64,000 nucleotides of DNA. Origin: Tubiluchus corallicola. Its lineage: Eukaryota; Animalia; Priapulida. The stretch's first letter is position 1. Every line of letters begins with the position of its first letter. Location: contig JAQGDQ010000380.1 of NCBI GenBank assembly GCA_030141605.1, positions 124,001 to 188,000 on the forward strand, written 5' to 3'. Of the stretch, positions 28,082 to 43,000 are shown one piece after another. The position numbers and the translations under genes are program-made. The notes below the pieces were generated by a model, which was not told the origin of the DNA, did no database searches, and was given only the letters and a program-made list of their open reading frames with translations.

Positions 28082-31000
28082 AAACAACGAGAAAGAGGAC
28101 AAGAACAACAACAAGAACAGCAACAGCAACAGCAACAGCAGCAGCAGCAACAGCAACAACAGCAGCAGCAACAACAACAACAACCACAGATATATTTACT
28201 GCTATTCTATGCCCAAAAAAATTTTCTCATTAATAATGACACAGCCTATTGCACAAGTTGCGATATGCAATTAGTATGATGACGATTATCAATGTTAACA
28301 ATTATTGATAACGTAATAAGTAAATATATTAAACAACATATTTTCACCTAACTAAAAGATAGTCTCTTAATCTATATTAACTATTATTGTAGGTAACTTA
28401 ATAGAATGCGATTGTAATCTGAAATGGGTGGCTCAGCATCAGGTAACAGTGTTTGGGAAATGTCTCGGAAAGTCTGGTAAAAACATTAGAAACTTGAAAG
28501 AGAACGCCTTCAGATGTGACTGTGCAGGATGCAGAAGTGACGTCACAGACAGGGATGTTTGTAACGAGAACCGAGACTTTATAACTGAACCACCAGTAAG
28601 TGAAACGTTATACAACATGATTTCTTCTGTGTGCAATTAAAATCACAAGAAACTCCTCCACTTACATCAAGCTGAAAAAATTCGTCTCGAAATTTCATAC
28701 TACTTACGTACTGCCCTTTTGCATGCAGGGCTTGCGTCGGTAGTAACGCTGTACAAAACATGTAAATTTAAATTCCCGCGATGACCGTTAGGCGCAGCCA
28801 TTTTAATGGAAGGTCGTTTGAAATAAGTTTAGATAACACTGTGTAAAGTTTGAAAACTAATCAGAGCATTCGTAGTGCACACGTCACTAAGTAAAATTTT
28901 AAACTACTGTATCTTGTCAATAAGATTAAAAATATGTTTTTGGTTAGTGAGTGGCGCACCCTGGAGGGTGAGTCAGTGACACTTTACCAATTCGCACGAA
29001 CATTTTAAATTATTATTTCTAGTTACACAAGTCTTTACAGCAGGCGAGAGAAATACCAAGTAATATAAATTTGCATGAAAGGTTTTTCTGGTCATAATTT
29101 AACATTGTCTTTTATTCCCCTGTTTTACAATGCGCGTATATGACGTCATGTAATGGCGCGGTCGGAACAGCATTGTGGGAGATTTAAAATGAAGACAAAC
29201 AAAAAGTACTTTAAAGTACTATATATGCTTACAAGTGCTATAAAGTAAGATAATTTTTAAGGCGATTTTTCCTGAAACCTACTTCAGGTACCCCCTTTCT
29301 TGTGCTTTAAAACAAAACACCTTTAGAAATCTTACGCCTCATGAGGTAATATCTTGCCTGTTATTTTCAGATATATGATTGTCCATTGAATGTACAATGG
29401 GGGCCATGCTCATGCCAAGAGACTGGATTGCCAGGTCAAGGTCTGATGATAACTTGTGTGGGTTCTGAAGGAGAGAACATTTATCCAGTTATACAAAGTG
29501 TGGGTTTACCAATGGACACAGTTACTATTATCAAGTAAGTAATGTAAAACTAGTCTTCTATTAAGTTCAAACAGTCAAATTATTTCCAGAATTATAGGAT
29601 AATAATTGATCAAAAATCGATGATCATAGTGCTGCAATGATTTATTGATTCAGTGACGCAATGTACAGGGATTCACAAATATAAATACTGCGTTAACTGA
29701 TCGTAACAAATCTTCAAAGAGAAATAGCAGCAAAATCGACTCTCAAGTTCCTCCTGGTGACTCCAAAAACCTGTATTTGTTTTTTGTCTTCCTTACACCT
29801 TTCATAACATATTCCTTGCAAAATATTATAACTATACGTTTACAAAATTTCCCTCCATTAATACAAACTATGCCAGGTCGGTATAGTATCAGCAAACTAT
29901 ACTAACAAATGCCAGGTGCCACTTGCTGGTCGGCCGCTGCTTTGCGATATACTTCAGTACAACCTAAAGACATGTACTCGCATTCAGCATAACCGCTTTG
30001 GTTATCACATTTCCAGGACCAATTTTATACGTTGGTTTTCATAAACAAATAGCAACAAAATGTGAGGTTATGAACAACCAACGTTAAACTTAATTAAGTG
30101 AAATGTATTGGTGTGATTAGTCGAGGTTATTTTTTGTTTAAAGGAAAGGACAAGTCACTTAGCATGCTGGGTTTATTTTACTGCTGTCTCTTAAACTGTT
30201 TGTGGTGTGCTACAGGAAAGGACAAGTCACTTAGCATGTTGGGTTTATTTTACTGCTGTCTCTTAAACTTAGAAAAAATATGACAAATACGCTCCATAAA
30301 GCGTAAAGCTAATTTATACTACCTCTGTATAGAAATTTTCGGGCGTGGTGGTTGCCGCCATAAAATTGAGAATTATGACGTAAGTGGTGGACTTCGTGAG
30401 TTTTCGTAAAACGCATCGTGGCTTTCGATAAGCAGACGCTGCTTAAACTAATTCAAGCCTTTGTAGTTTACCTAATGTTCATGCAAAAATATCACAAAAT
30501 TAACAATCTCGTTTCTCGCAAAAACTTACTTCTGAAAAGTGCGCTGCTTTTCTACAGGACGAATGACGTCATTGGAAGAAGAATGAGCATTGAAAATGGG
30601 AGCGCCCAAACATGAAATGATCGCGACTATAAAGTGATTTATTCATTACAAGAGGCACTTATCACACTTTTATTACTAAATCCTTCCAACACTTTTCCCG
30701 AGCAACGAAACAAGCCCAACTTCACGGAAGGCTTGACCTTTCCTATCAAATAGTTTGGCACACTACAGCAGCTTAACTTAAACCTTAATTTTTACTTTGT
30801 ACCTGTACGCTGCTATGAACTATAATTAGTACAAAAAAATTGAAAAGGTATTTTAAAGTGTACCTGAAAGAACTTTCCGTACAAATTAGATTACTTATCA
30901 TTATACTTACCTGTTTGAAAGACTTATGTAATTGGAAAAGAAAATTCTTAATAATTTTACATATTAGTGCCACCTGATAAAATGGCACTGCCTAACCATC

Positions 31001-34000
31001 CCAGTGTGCACCACTGATTCACCAAGAAACACATTATTGATCTTATTGACTGTATAGAATGATTTATATATTTGCTTAATTAGTGAATTAGCTAAGCATG
31101 TGTTGATTATCTTTTCAAACTTTATTCAATGTTATCTAAACATGTTTCAAACGACTTACCATCAAAATGGCTGCACCTAACAGTTATCACGGGGAATTTA
31201 AATTACAAGTTTTACATAGCGTTACTGCTAGTGCAAGCTCTGTATGCAATAAGACAACATTTCAGCGATATAAACTCTCTAGATGAATTTTTAAGCTTTA
31301 TTTATGAAGTGTTTTCTTGCACTTTAAACGCTGTTTGTTCATCTAGTGCAAGAATTCGTTCAATAATCCCGGATGCATTTGCTGGTGCGCACATCAAGCA
31401 TTTAAGGATCAATTGGTGTAAAATGAGAACAGTGGAAGTAGGAGCCTTCAATACCTTAGAAGATCACTTAGAGGAACTAGACTTGAGGTAAGCTGAAGCA
31501 TTCAACACCTTAGAAGATCACTTAGAGGAACTAGACTTGAGGTAAGCGGAAGCATTCAATACCTTAGAAGATCACTTAGAGGAACTAGACTTGAGGTAAG
31601 CAGAAGCATTCAATACCTTAGAAGATCACTTAGAGGAACTAGACCTGAGGTAAGCAGAAGCATTCAATACCTTAGAAGATCACTTAGAGGAACTAGACTT
31701 GAGGCAAGCGGAAGCATTCAATACCTTAGAAGATCACTTAGATGAACTAGACTTGAGGTAAGCGGAAGCATTCAATGCCTTAGAAGATCACTTAAATGAA
31801 CTAGACTTGAGGTAAGTGGAAGCATTCAATGCCTTAGAAGATCACTTAAATGAACTGGACTTGAGGTAAGCAGAAACATTCAACACCTTAGAAGATCAGT
31901 TAGATGAATTAGACTTGAGGTAAGCTGAAGCATTCAATACCTTAAAAGATCGCTTAGATGAACTAGACTTGAGGTAAGCTGAAGCATCCAACACCTTAGA
32001 AGATCACTAAGAGGAACTAGACTTGAGGTAAGCAGAAGCATTCAATACCTTAGAAGATCACTTAGAGGAACTAGACTTGAGGTAAGTGGAAACATTTAGT
32101 ACCTTAAAAGATCAGTTAGATGAAATAGACTTGAGGTAAGCGGAAGCATTCAGTACCTTAAAAGATCAGTTAGATGAACTAGACTTGAGGTAAGCGGAAA
32201 CAGTCAACACCTTAGAAGATCACTTAGAGGAACTAGACTTGAGGTAAGCAGAAGCCAAACCAAACAAAACAACAAACAACACAACCAAAACATTAGAGGA
32301 ACTAGACCTGAGGTAAGCAGAAGCATTCAATACCTTAGAAGATCACTTAGAGGAACTAGACTTGAGGCAAGCGGAAGCATTCAATACCTTAGAAGATCAC
32401 TTAGATGAACTAGACTTGAGGTAAGCGGAAGCATTCAATGCCTTAGAAGATCACTTAAATGAACTAGACTTGAGGTAAGTGGAAGCATTCAATGCCTTAG
32501 AAGATCACTTAAATGAACTAGACTTGAGGTAAGCAGAAACATTCAACACCTTAGAAGATCAGTTAGAGGAATTAGACTTGAGGTAAGCTGAAGCATTCAA
32601 TACCTTAAAAGATCGCTTAGATGAACTAGACTTGAGGTAAGCTGAAGCATCCAACACCTTAGAAGATCACTAAGAGGAACTAGACTTGAGGTAAGCAGAA
32701 GCATTCAATACCTTAGAAGATCACTTAGAGGAACTAGACTTGAGGTAAGTGGAAACATTTAGTACCTTAAAAGATCAGTTAGATGAAATAGACTTGAGGT
32801 AAGCGGAAGCATTCAGTACCTTAGAAGATCAGTTAGATGAACTAGACTTGAGGTAAGCGGAAACAGTCAACACCTTAGAAGATCACTTAGATGAACTAGA
32901 CTTGAGGTAAGCGGAAACAGTCAACACCTTAGAAGATCACTTAGAGGAACTAGACTTGAGGTAAGCAGAAACATTCAATACCTTAGAAGATCACTTAAAT
33001 GAACCAGACTTGAAGTAAAGCTAGTAAAGTAACAGTTATGATCAACTAGATGATCAACCCATAATAATGAATGTCCAGTGTTGCAATGTATGTCACTGCA
33101 AGACTTATGGCTTTTTTCTATAGAGAGAGTTTTTTCTATCAAGACCCAAAAAGGGACCCCCAGAACTTGGCATGGTTATCTGGTAATCAGTGTGTCTCAA
33201 TATACAACTACAATATGAAGTATTTATCGTGGCCTCCCCTAATTGTTGCAAGCAAACATGAATTAAATTATCATTCAGCCAAAAGTACTGTTTGTTTGTC
33301 ACCAAATAAAGTAAAATGTTTGAAAACTGATACAGATGAAGTAAAACCCCTGGTAATTCTTTTAGTCGAATTAGACGAAAACTGAATGAACTGTCTCTTT
33401 GTTAATAGACTTTTGCTCCACTAAATTGTAAAACAAATTTGTAACATTTAATAAGTGATCTATGAATAGAGGTTTCTTGCAACAGAAAAAATGGAGCATC
33501 ACAAGCTAAGAGCCTTGACAGCTGGCAGTAAAGTTATTGTACTTTACTAATGATTTATATGTAATGTTGATCTCTGTAGCAACAACGAGTTGAAGGTAGT
33601 ACCAACAGAAGCAATAAGGAATCTTCTCCAAATTAGCGTACTTGACTTGTCAAACAATCATTTAGAAGATCTCACCAGCGACTCCTTCAACTTTAATGGT
33701 AAATATGTTTCATCCTAAGTTTATAACGGAAGTGGTGCTGACAAGCCACTGGCGTAGCAGTGTCTAGTTTTTTTGCTGGATTACTGCTGCGTTTACCTGT
33801 CTGAAGGCAGATTTCTCTTATTTTAGAATTCTGCCTGCCCAATGTCTACAATAGACGTGACGGGCGTATGATGACGACGACGACGATGATGATGATGATG
33901 ATGACTCTAATTTTTGTCGTGGGCATGTAAACTGTAAACGGTAATAGTAGGAAAAATGATGTTTCACATTTTATCTATCGCATCAGTCAGTTAACGTATC

Positions 34001-37000
34001 TATTGCCCTAAAAACTGATGCACTTTTGAAAAGTATTATAAGCCAGCAACACAAAACCTGATGTTTTTAACTTATAAAAGCAACGTGTAATTAATGTCAT
34101 ATAAGACTTACTACAACACAAATGTTCTCTGATTACATAACAATGCATTTAATTATTGGTACAGTAGGCACTGCTTAAAATACTTCGGTATGAAAGTGCT
34201 TAGACCCACTGCAAAGGATTTAGATGAATTTTACAAACGAACTTATGTCAAAACTCCTGTGTGCAATTATTTAAGAAAGCTAATTTAAACTTGTTAATTA
34301 GAATAAAAGAAAACAGAAGATCGCACAATTCTGATTATTACCACTAAAATTACAAAAAATATGCAAGGTCGGTTGCTTCATTTCTTCACTAAGAAGTGGG
34401 TTTACGAAATTCTCATGCTGATAAAAACTGTTATTGTATACTGTTATTGTATGCTGTATGCACATGTGTAAGCAAAACACTCAGTCACCTAGTGCTGAGC
34501 TGCAGTTGGGGGTGACCTTGTTTTACCTGTGAAAAGCATCAGGAACTTCAAGAGCAAACTGCTGGGCAAGTGATTAAATGTTCAGCTTCCAGGAACAACG
34601 AGGTTAACTGCAGCGAACGAGCAGGTGACAGATTCAGAGCAAAACCGCTATGCTAGGACATAAGCGCGTGTTAAACGTACCTGCACATAAAGCTCTACTT
34701 GACATGACTGTTTCTACCTATACCAGAGTGCCAAACGCGAGATAAAGATGATATTAAAATAGTGAAACCTCTTTCCTCACACACAAGAGCCTTATTTTAA
34801 GTACCTAGATGAAAAATATTGAGTCATTTATCCGGAGTTATTTGAGTAAATTGCAGACAGCTTTGATACACATTTGAATAGAACCGGCCCGCATCAGACG
34901 TTTTTGAGTCAGTTAGCCGACTGATTCTATTAACCGTGAGTCTGATAAACAGCACCTACTGTATTTACTAATAAGATACAGGTTGTGCTGACGTAATCAG
35001 AATGCTCACGTGACCATGGATTGCTTCGGCGCGCACGTGTCTGCAGGAGACGAGTGTAAAAAAGCGGACATGCTTGTTTAGGATTACTTGTGTTATAAAA
35101 ATTTTTCGTTAGCGTCTTTGTTTGCGAAATTGTCATAGACGTTTTTGTGTCACACCGCAAGTTGCGTAATACAGAAGATGTCAATATACAAATTTTTGAT
35201 GTCAATATACAAAGTTTTGTGGCAAGTTTCGACTGTTTTACGATTTTCGATATGCAAGTAAATTATAGATAATTAGCTCTGTAGCTTGGGCGAAGTGAGG
35301 GCCACACAGGTAAACAATAATAATTCTAGTACTTATTAGAAATAAACCCATTTCAGGTCAATCCAGACTAAAACGCCTTTTGTTGAACGACAATTTTATC
35401 TATCAAATGGGTCCCCAGGCTTTTTCAAGTCTTAGAGAACTGGAGTACTTACACTTACACAACAACTGGATGAGAACACTCTTGCTTGGTTCACTGAATG
35501 GCTTGAATAACACACGTTACATTTACTTCTACAATAACCGAATTGAAGCCGTTCAAAACAATGTATTCAGGTATGTAAAGAAAGCTAATTTCTGCTCCAT
35601 CTCAACACAGAACAACATAATAATGCTTTTATTGCTAATTCTTTTGAAACTCTGAATACTGGCATAGTAACGCGCGTTCAGATTAGTGAATTTTCTATTG
35701 CGAGTTTTCTCTCTGACACACAAGTGTATACTGTTTTGTGAGTTACTGTTGGCAAGAAACTGAAAACTACAGTTGCTGCGAGTTGATTTACTGTCTAGTG
35801 TGAACGTCTCAGCGAGTTATTGGCTAGTGTGAGTGTTTCAGTGAGTCACTGGGTAGTGTGAATGTCTCAGCGAGTTACTGGGTAGTGTGAACGTCTCAGC
35901 GAGTTACTGGCTAGTGTGAACGTCTCAGCAAGTTATTGACTAGTGTGAGTGTCTCAGAGAGTTACTAGTTAGTGTGAACGTCCCAGCGAGTTATTCGGTA
36001 AGTTTTTTGCAGTGAATAAAGAAATTAGTGTTATCTCGCACTTACACTCAGAGAGTAACTCGCAGCAGGTTTTGCTGTCTAGTCTGAACACGCTTGCAAG
36101 TTACTTGGCGAGTCTACCTTGGCGAAAAATTAAGTCTGAACGCACCGTAATTTCGACTAAACAAAACTCTGAAGATGGTGATTTCAAAGTTTATTACAAA
36201 AGTAACAAATCATGACTTTTTCTTATTACTGTTTTTATTTGGAATACTGGTGCATAACTTTTATTTACAATCTACTTCCATCACAGACTGCAAACACATA
36301 ACATTCTGTTATGTCCTATGATAACATATGCTGAATTAAAATCAGCATTTGCTGTCTCTATGTATTAAAAACAGCATTTGCTGTCTCTATGTATCAAAAA
36401 CAGCATTTGCTATCTCTATGTTTTACTACATAAGAACAATTTGTCTCTATGTATCAATAACAGCATTTGCTATCTCTATGCTTTATTACATAAGAACAAT
36501 TTGTCTCTATGTATCAAAACCTGCATTTACTATCTCTATGTTTTACTACATAAGAACAATTTGTTTGCAGGGATATGGAAAATCTGGACTACCTATCACT
36601 CAGTGATAATGAGCTCACGGATACAGGACTAGCTGTTGGTGCTTTCAATGGAATGAACATCTTACGCATTTTGTTTCTAGACCATAACAAGTTGACAGAC
36701 ATAAACGACTTTGTATTTCAACCTTTAGATGATCTAGAATATCTGGACGTCAGGTACAGAATTTTTCTTCTAAGAAGTATACTTTTAAGCTAATGGAAAG
36801 TAGTATGCTTTTAAACTAATGGAAAGTAGTATGCTTTTAAACTAATGAAAAGTAGTATGCTTTTAAGCTAATGGAAAGTAGTGTGCTTTTAAGCTAATGG
36901 AAAGTAGTATGCTTTTAAGCTAATGGAAAGTAGTGTGCTTTTAAGCTAATGGAAAGTAGTATGCTTTTAAACTAATGAAAAGTAGTATGCTTTTAAGCTA

Positions 37001-40000
37001 ATGGAAAGTAGTGTGCTTTTAAGCTAATGGAAAGTAGTATACTTTTAAACTAATGGAAAGTAGTATACTTTTAAACTAATGGAAAGTAGTATGCTTTTAA
37101 ACTAATGGAAAGTAGTATGCTTTTAAGCTAATGGAAAGTAGTATGCTTTTAAGTTAATGGAAAGTAGTATGCTTTTAAGCTAATGGAAAGTAGTATACTT
37201 TTAAGCTAATGGAAAGTAGTATGCTTTTAAACCAATGATAAGTAGTATGCTTTTAAGCTAATGGAAAGTAGTATGCTTTTAAGCTGATGAAAAGTAGTAT
37301 GCTTTTAAAGAAATGGAAAGTAGTATGCTTTTAAACCAATGATAAGTAGTATGCTTTTAAGCTGATGTAGTATGCTTTTAAACTAATGGAAAGTAGTATG
37401 CTTTTACAGAAATGGTAAGCAGTATACTTTTAAACTAATGTTAAGTAGTATGCTTTTAAACTAATGTAAAGTAGTATGCTTCTAAACTAATGGTAATTAG
37501 TATGCTTTTAAACTAATGTAAAGTAGTATGCTTTTAAACTAATGGTAAGTAGTATACTTATAAACTAATGGTAAGTAGTATGCCTTTAAACTAATGGTAA
37601 TTAGTATGCTTTTAAACTAATGAAAGTAGTATGCTTTTAAACTAATTGTAAGAAGTATGCTTTTAAACTAATTAAAAGTAGTATGCTTTTAAACTAATGG
37701 AAAGTAGCATGCTTTTAAACTAATTAAAAGTAGTATGCTTTAAACTAATTGTAAGTAGTATGCTTTTAAACTAATTAAAAGTAGTATGCTTTTAAACTAA
37801 TGGTAAGTAGTATGCTTTTAAACTAATTAAAAGTAGTATGCTTTTAAACTAATTGTAAGAAGTATGCTTTGAAACTAATGGAAAGTAGTATGCTTTTAAA
37901 CCAATAGTTAACAGTATGGCTTCAAAGTAACAAAATGTAGTATGCTTTTAACTACTCATTAATAAAATTGTGATAAGCTTTTAATAGACACCATTTGACT
38001 TACACTCTCAGCTACAAGTTTAACAGAATCTGTTTGCAGGAGCAATGCCCTGGTCAACGTGACACGGGATGACTTTGCAGGAATGGACAAAATGAAGTAT
38101 CTAGATCTGTCAAACAACAGAATATGGGAGATACCAGCCCAAGCTTGGGAAAACATGCCACAACTTGAAACACTGTTAATAAACGAGAACATTCTCGGAC
38201 AGGTTTTAAACATTTTCATGAATATAATATGTTAGAGTCTAGAGACGTAGCAAGGTTGGGTCGACAGGGGGCAATCGACCCCAGATGCAAGGGTGAGAGG
38301 GCGTGAAATTCTTCTAGAGCTCTCAAACTAGAACATAATTGCCTAGTCAGAGATCATCATGGCTGATTTAATTACTACATATAGCGTAGAAAAATATGTA
38401 ATGTTGTTACTTAATGTCGTGCGGGTTAGCAGATCGATAATTTTGGAAGAAACAGTGGCGTTTCTCTAAATGGAGGTTGTATTATTGTGAAAACCTGTAG
38501 TGTTCTGTATCTTTCATAATCTTGGCATGTTTTAATGCTGGAGCTGAATGTTTAAGGACTGTCGTGTTACGTGCAACTAATGCATAGAAAATAGTTACTC
38601 TGCTGCAGTACTGCATATCAAACTCAGAGTGATTCTTAGAGAAATTCGTTTATCTTTATCCCGTCATGTCGAAAAAGAAAAGTCGGGCTCAGAGGACGAA
38701 AAAAACGCGCACAGTTTGGGGCATGAACCAGGAAACAAATGATCAAAACTTTGAAAGGGTGAGGCCAGAAGTTATCATTGCCTCCTGGCGCCACAAGCTC
38801 TTGCTACGCCACTGTTAGTGTTTATTTACTGATAGTTTGTTTTTTAGCTTTCTACTAATAGCTCACTTATCTACTGATTATGGCCACTGACAAAAGACCA
38901 GATGTCGTGTTGACAAGAGGTATAACAGTAGAATATACTTTAAACGTTTATTGATAAGAAGTTTCCACAGAAATGCAGGTAAAAATGATGTCTGCATATA
39001 ATGTCTTGTAAAAGCCAACTAGTAGTACAGATTATAGCAAAACTAGAGCAACAGTTCACTATTAGGTTAAACCAATTTTTAGAATAGGTAACAGATAGAT
39101 AGAAGCCATATCTACTACAGTAATGGCGGTTTTACAGGTTATTAACCTAATTGCAAATTAAAAGTAATTTTTTATGATTTTCGGTCGTTCAAAACAACAC
39201 CAAAAGCGAGAAATCCGTGCAGTGAACTCCTGGATACGGTATCTGGGTTGTTGGAAACTACTAATAGTTGGGCAGTTTGCTATATGCTAAGTGTTGTAGG
39301 GCTTATTTTGATTTTTTTTAAGCACACCTATATGTTGCCTAAACACGGGTGTCTTGAGTATGACCGGCAATAAAGGAAAAATGACGGGAAAAAAAATCAT
39401 AATTTTGGCTAAGGTTAGGGTTAGGTGGTTTTTCCTGTGGCTTCTTTACCTGTGATTTTCTTACCGGGATTCGTTTTGACGTTGGTGGAAGGAGAAGGAA
39501 ACGCATCACGTAGTTCTAGGTTTATTTTTGCGGAAAGTTCCCTAAGGAAAATTGTAGGATGTGTAACCATTATTATTAGTGTATTACTATCCTTAAACGT
39601 TCGTAGACACATGAGCCGAACGAGCAACAATAAAAATTTGAATTTCATCCCAATTGTGGACAAATTGATTTTATGAAGGCTCTAATAGTTTGCTATTATT
39701 TACTTATACAATAGATTAATGTTCCTTTATGCTTTTACGTAGCTTACTGACCAAATTGTCCATGCTTATACCAATGAAATGAACACGAATGATTTGAAAA
39801 AGAAGAAAGACAGGTCTACATCCTATTTCACTGCACTAAAGTCAACCAAAAAAACTCACATCCAACCAATAAGGTTGAGTAATTACTCCACTATATTAAT
39901 CTAAACCACTTTTAAGTAATTTTGATGGTGATTTATATTTCACGCGTGATACAGGTTTGCAGAGGAGCATTCAATGGTAATAATAACTTGAAGGAATTAC

Positions 40001-43000
40001 AGCTAAGAGGAAATCACCTGCAGTACGTGATGGAGAATGCTTTCACTGGTGGAAATCTTCCAATATGGCTGGACGTCACAGGTAAAGTAAAAGCAACGAC
40101 CTTTGTACATGTACTATACTGCTAATAATCTTTAAACTAATTGATATGCTCTAACTAAATTTTGGGAAACAAGGCTATTATCAAAAATTTAAATTTGTAT
40201 CTATTTTAGCAGTTACTTTGTCGTAAGCTAGTCACTCTTTTACGCAGTATGGTAGTTTGCTAACCGTGGTGATTTGTAACTATGCAACGTAAAACCAAAT
40301 AAACTTACCTCAGAATGGAGTAAAAGAGAAACTAGTCACTCTTTTATACAGTATGATAGTTTGCTAACCGTGGTGATTTGTAACTATAAAACGTAAAACC
40401 AAATAAACGTACCTCAGAATGGAGTAAAAGATAAATTAGTCACTCTTTTATAAAGTACGGTAGTTTGCAAACCGTACTGTATTTATGAAACGTAAACCTA
40501 AATAAACGTACCTTAGAATCGAGTAAAAGGTAAACTAGTCACTCTTTTATACAGTATGATAGTTTGCTAACCGTGGTGATTTGTAACTATGAAAAGGTAA
40601 AACTACATAAACATACCTCAGAATGCAGTAAAAGATAAACTAGTCACTCTAATTACGCAGTTTGGTAGTTTGCTAACCACACTCAGCGGCATTACCCACT
40701 TGATGTACATACTTGAGTCAGGACTGGACTCTATTTCATTATCAAGGATAAGTTTCTAAAGTTTCTAAGGTAAACAATGAATTGACAGAGAAGTCATCCT
40801 GGCCTTCTTTGGTTGAACATACAATGAGGCAAAATGGCCAGAGGGCAGCATGACCGATAAATCCTCAAGACGAAGCCATTATACAGTGAAAATGAGTGAT
40901 ATCAGCTTATGGTGTGATAATTATACAGTGAAAATGAGTGATATCAGCTTATGGTGTGATCATTATACTGTAAAAATGAGTGATATCAGCTAATGGTGTG
41001 ATCATTATACAGTGAAAATGAGTGATATCAGCTTATGGTGTGATCATTATACTGTAAAAATGAGTGATATCAGCTTATGGTGTGATCATTATACAGTGAA
41101 AATGAGTGATATCAGCTTATGGTGTGATCATTATACAGTGAAAATGAGTGATATCAGCTTATGGTGTGATCATTATACTGTGAAAATGAGTGATATCAGC
41201 TTATGGTATGATCATTATACAGTGAAAATGAGTGATATCAGCTTATGGTGTGATCATTATACAGTGAAAATGAGTGATATCAGCTTATGGTGTGATCATT
41301 ATACAGTGAAAATGAGTGATATCAGCTTATGGTATGATCATTATACAGTGAAAATGAGTGATATCAGCTTATGGTGTGATCATTATACTGTGAAAATGAG
41401 TGATATCAGCTTATGGTGTGATCATTATACAGTGAAAATGAGTGATATCAGCTTATGGTGTGATCATTATACTGTGAAAATGAGTGATATCATCTTATGG
41501 TGTGATCATTATACTGTAAAAATGAGTGATATCAGCTTATGGTGTGATCATTATACTGTGAAAATGAGTGATATCAGCTTATGGTGTGATCATTATACTG
41601 TGAAAATGAGTGATATCAGCTTATGGTGTGATCATTATACAGTGAAAATGAGTGATATCAGCTTATGGTGTGATCATTATACTGTAAAAATGAGTGATAT
41701 CAGCTTATGGTGTGATCATTATACTGTCAAAATGAGTGATATCATCTTATGGTGTGATCATTATACTGTAAAAATGAGTGATATCAGCTTATGGTGTGAT
41801 CATTATACTGTGAAAATGAGTGATATCAGCTTATGGTGTGATCATTATACTGTGAAAATGAGTGATATCAGCTTATGGTGTGATCATTATACAGTGAAAA
41901 TGAGTGACATCAGCTTATGGTGTGATCATTATACTGTAAAAATGAGTGACATCAGCTTATGGTGTGATCATTATACTGTGAAAATGAGTGACATCAGCTT
42001 ATGGTGTGATCATTATACAGTGAAAATGAGTGATATCAGCTTATGGTGTGATCATTATACAGTGAAAATGAGTGATATCAGCTTATGGTGTGATCATTAT
42101 ACAGTGAAAATGAGTGACATCAGCTTATGGTGTGATCATTATACAGTGAAAATGAGTGACATCTACACCTGCTGTTTAGTAGTCTGTTATCTTGTTTTGA
42201 ATTTTTGAGAAATAGTGTGTGTTTTTCAAGCAAACTTTTTTATTTTCTGTGCAGAGAATCCAATAGCTTGCGATTGTAACCAGCGGTATTACAGCCAGCT
42301 TGCAGTTAGTGGAACATGTGTAGCACCGCCATCTTTGTACGGATCTAGTATTCAGAATCTTCTGCCAAATCTATTTGTATGCACGTGTTTCCAGTGTGAC
42401 ATAACAGTTCTAGACGTGTGCGATCCTGGTACCCAGTTACCAACATACCCAGAGGTTAGTGCTGCTTATACATATAAGTATATGTGATGTACTATGTAAG
42501 TGCATGTGTGTGATAAATTAAATGAAATACTTCTGCCCGAAAACCTTAATATAGCTGCCTTAGGAAATAAAGATCTGTTGAAGTTGTTATTATTCGGAAA
42601 AGATGAATTTACTATGTTGCTAACTGTAAAATATTCCAATGTATACATGACTTTATATTACGTACTAAACGCTTCCAGTAGATTCTATCTGATATGAAAT
42701 GCATCAGTCTTAAATAATCGTACATTAATACTTTCTAACCGTCATTTTCTACTAATGTCTAATGTAATCTTGTAGTAAAACTTGTCAGCTTGTAGTTATA
42801 GTCTATTCTTACTGTAAATGTTACTAATATCTAATGTAATCTTGTAGTAAAACTTGTCAGCTTGTATAGTTATAGTCTATTCTTACTGTAAATGTTACTA
42901 ATATCTAATGTAATCTTCTAGTAAAACTTGTCAGCTCGTGTAGTTATAGTTAATTCTTTCTGTAAATGTTACTAATATCTAATGTAATCTTCTAGTAAAA

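Noticed and set aside
41012-42208. 398-aa ORF of (KMSDISLWCDHYTV)n
   Set aside because: Translation of a 42-bp intronic minisatellite that happens to lack stops in most copies; an upstream copy has an in-frame stop and there is no fitting splice context.
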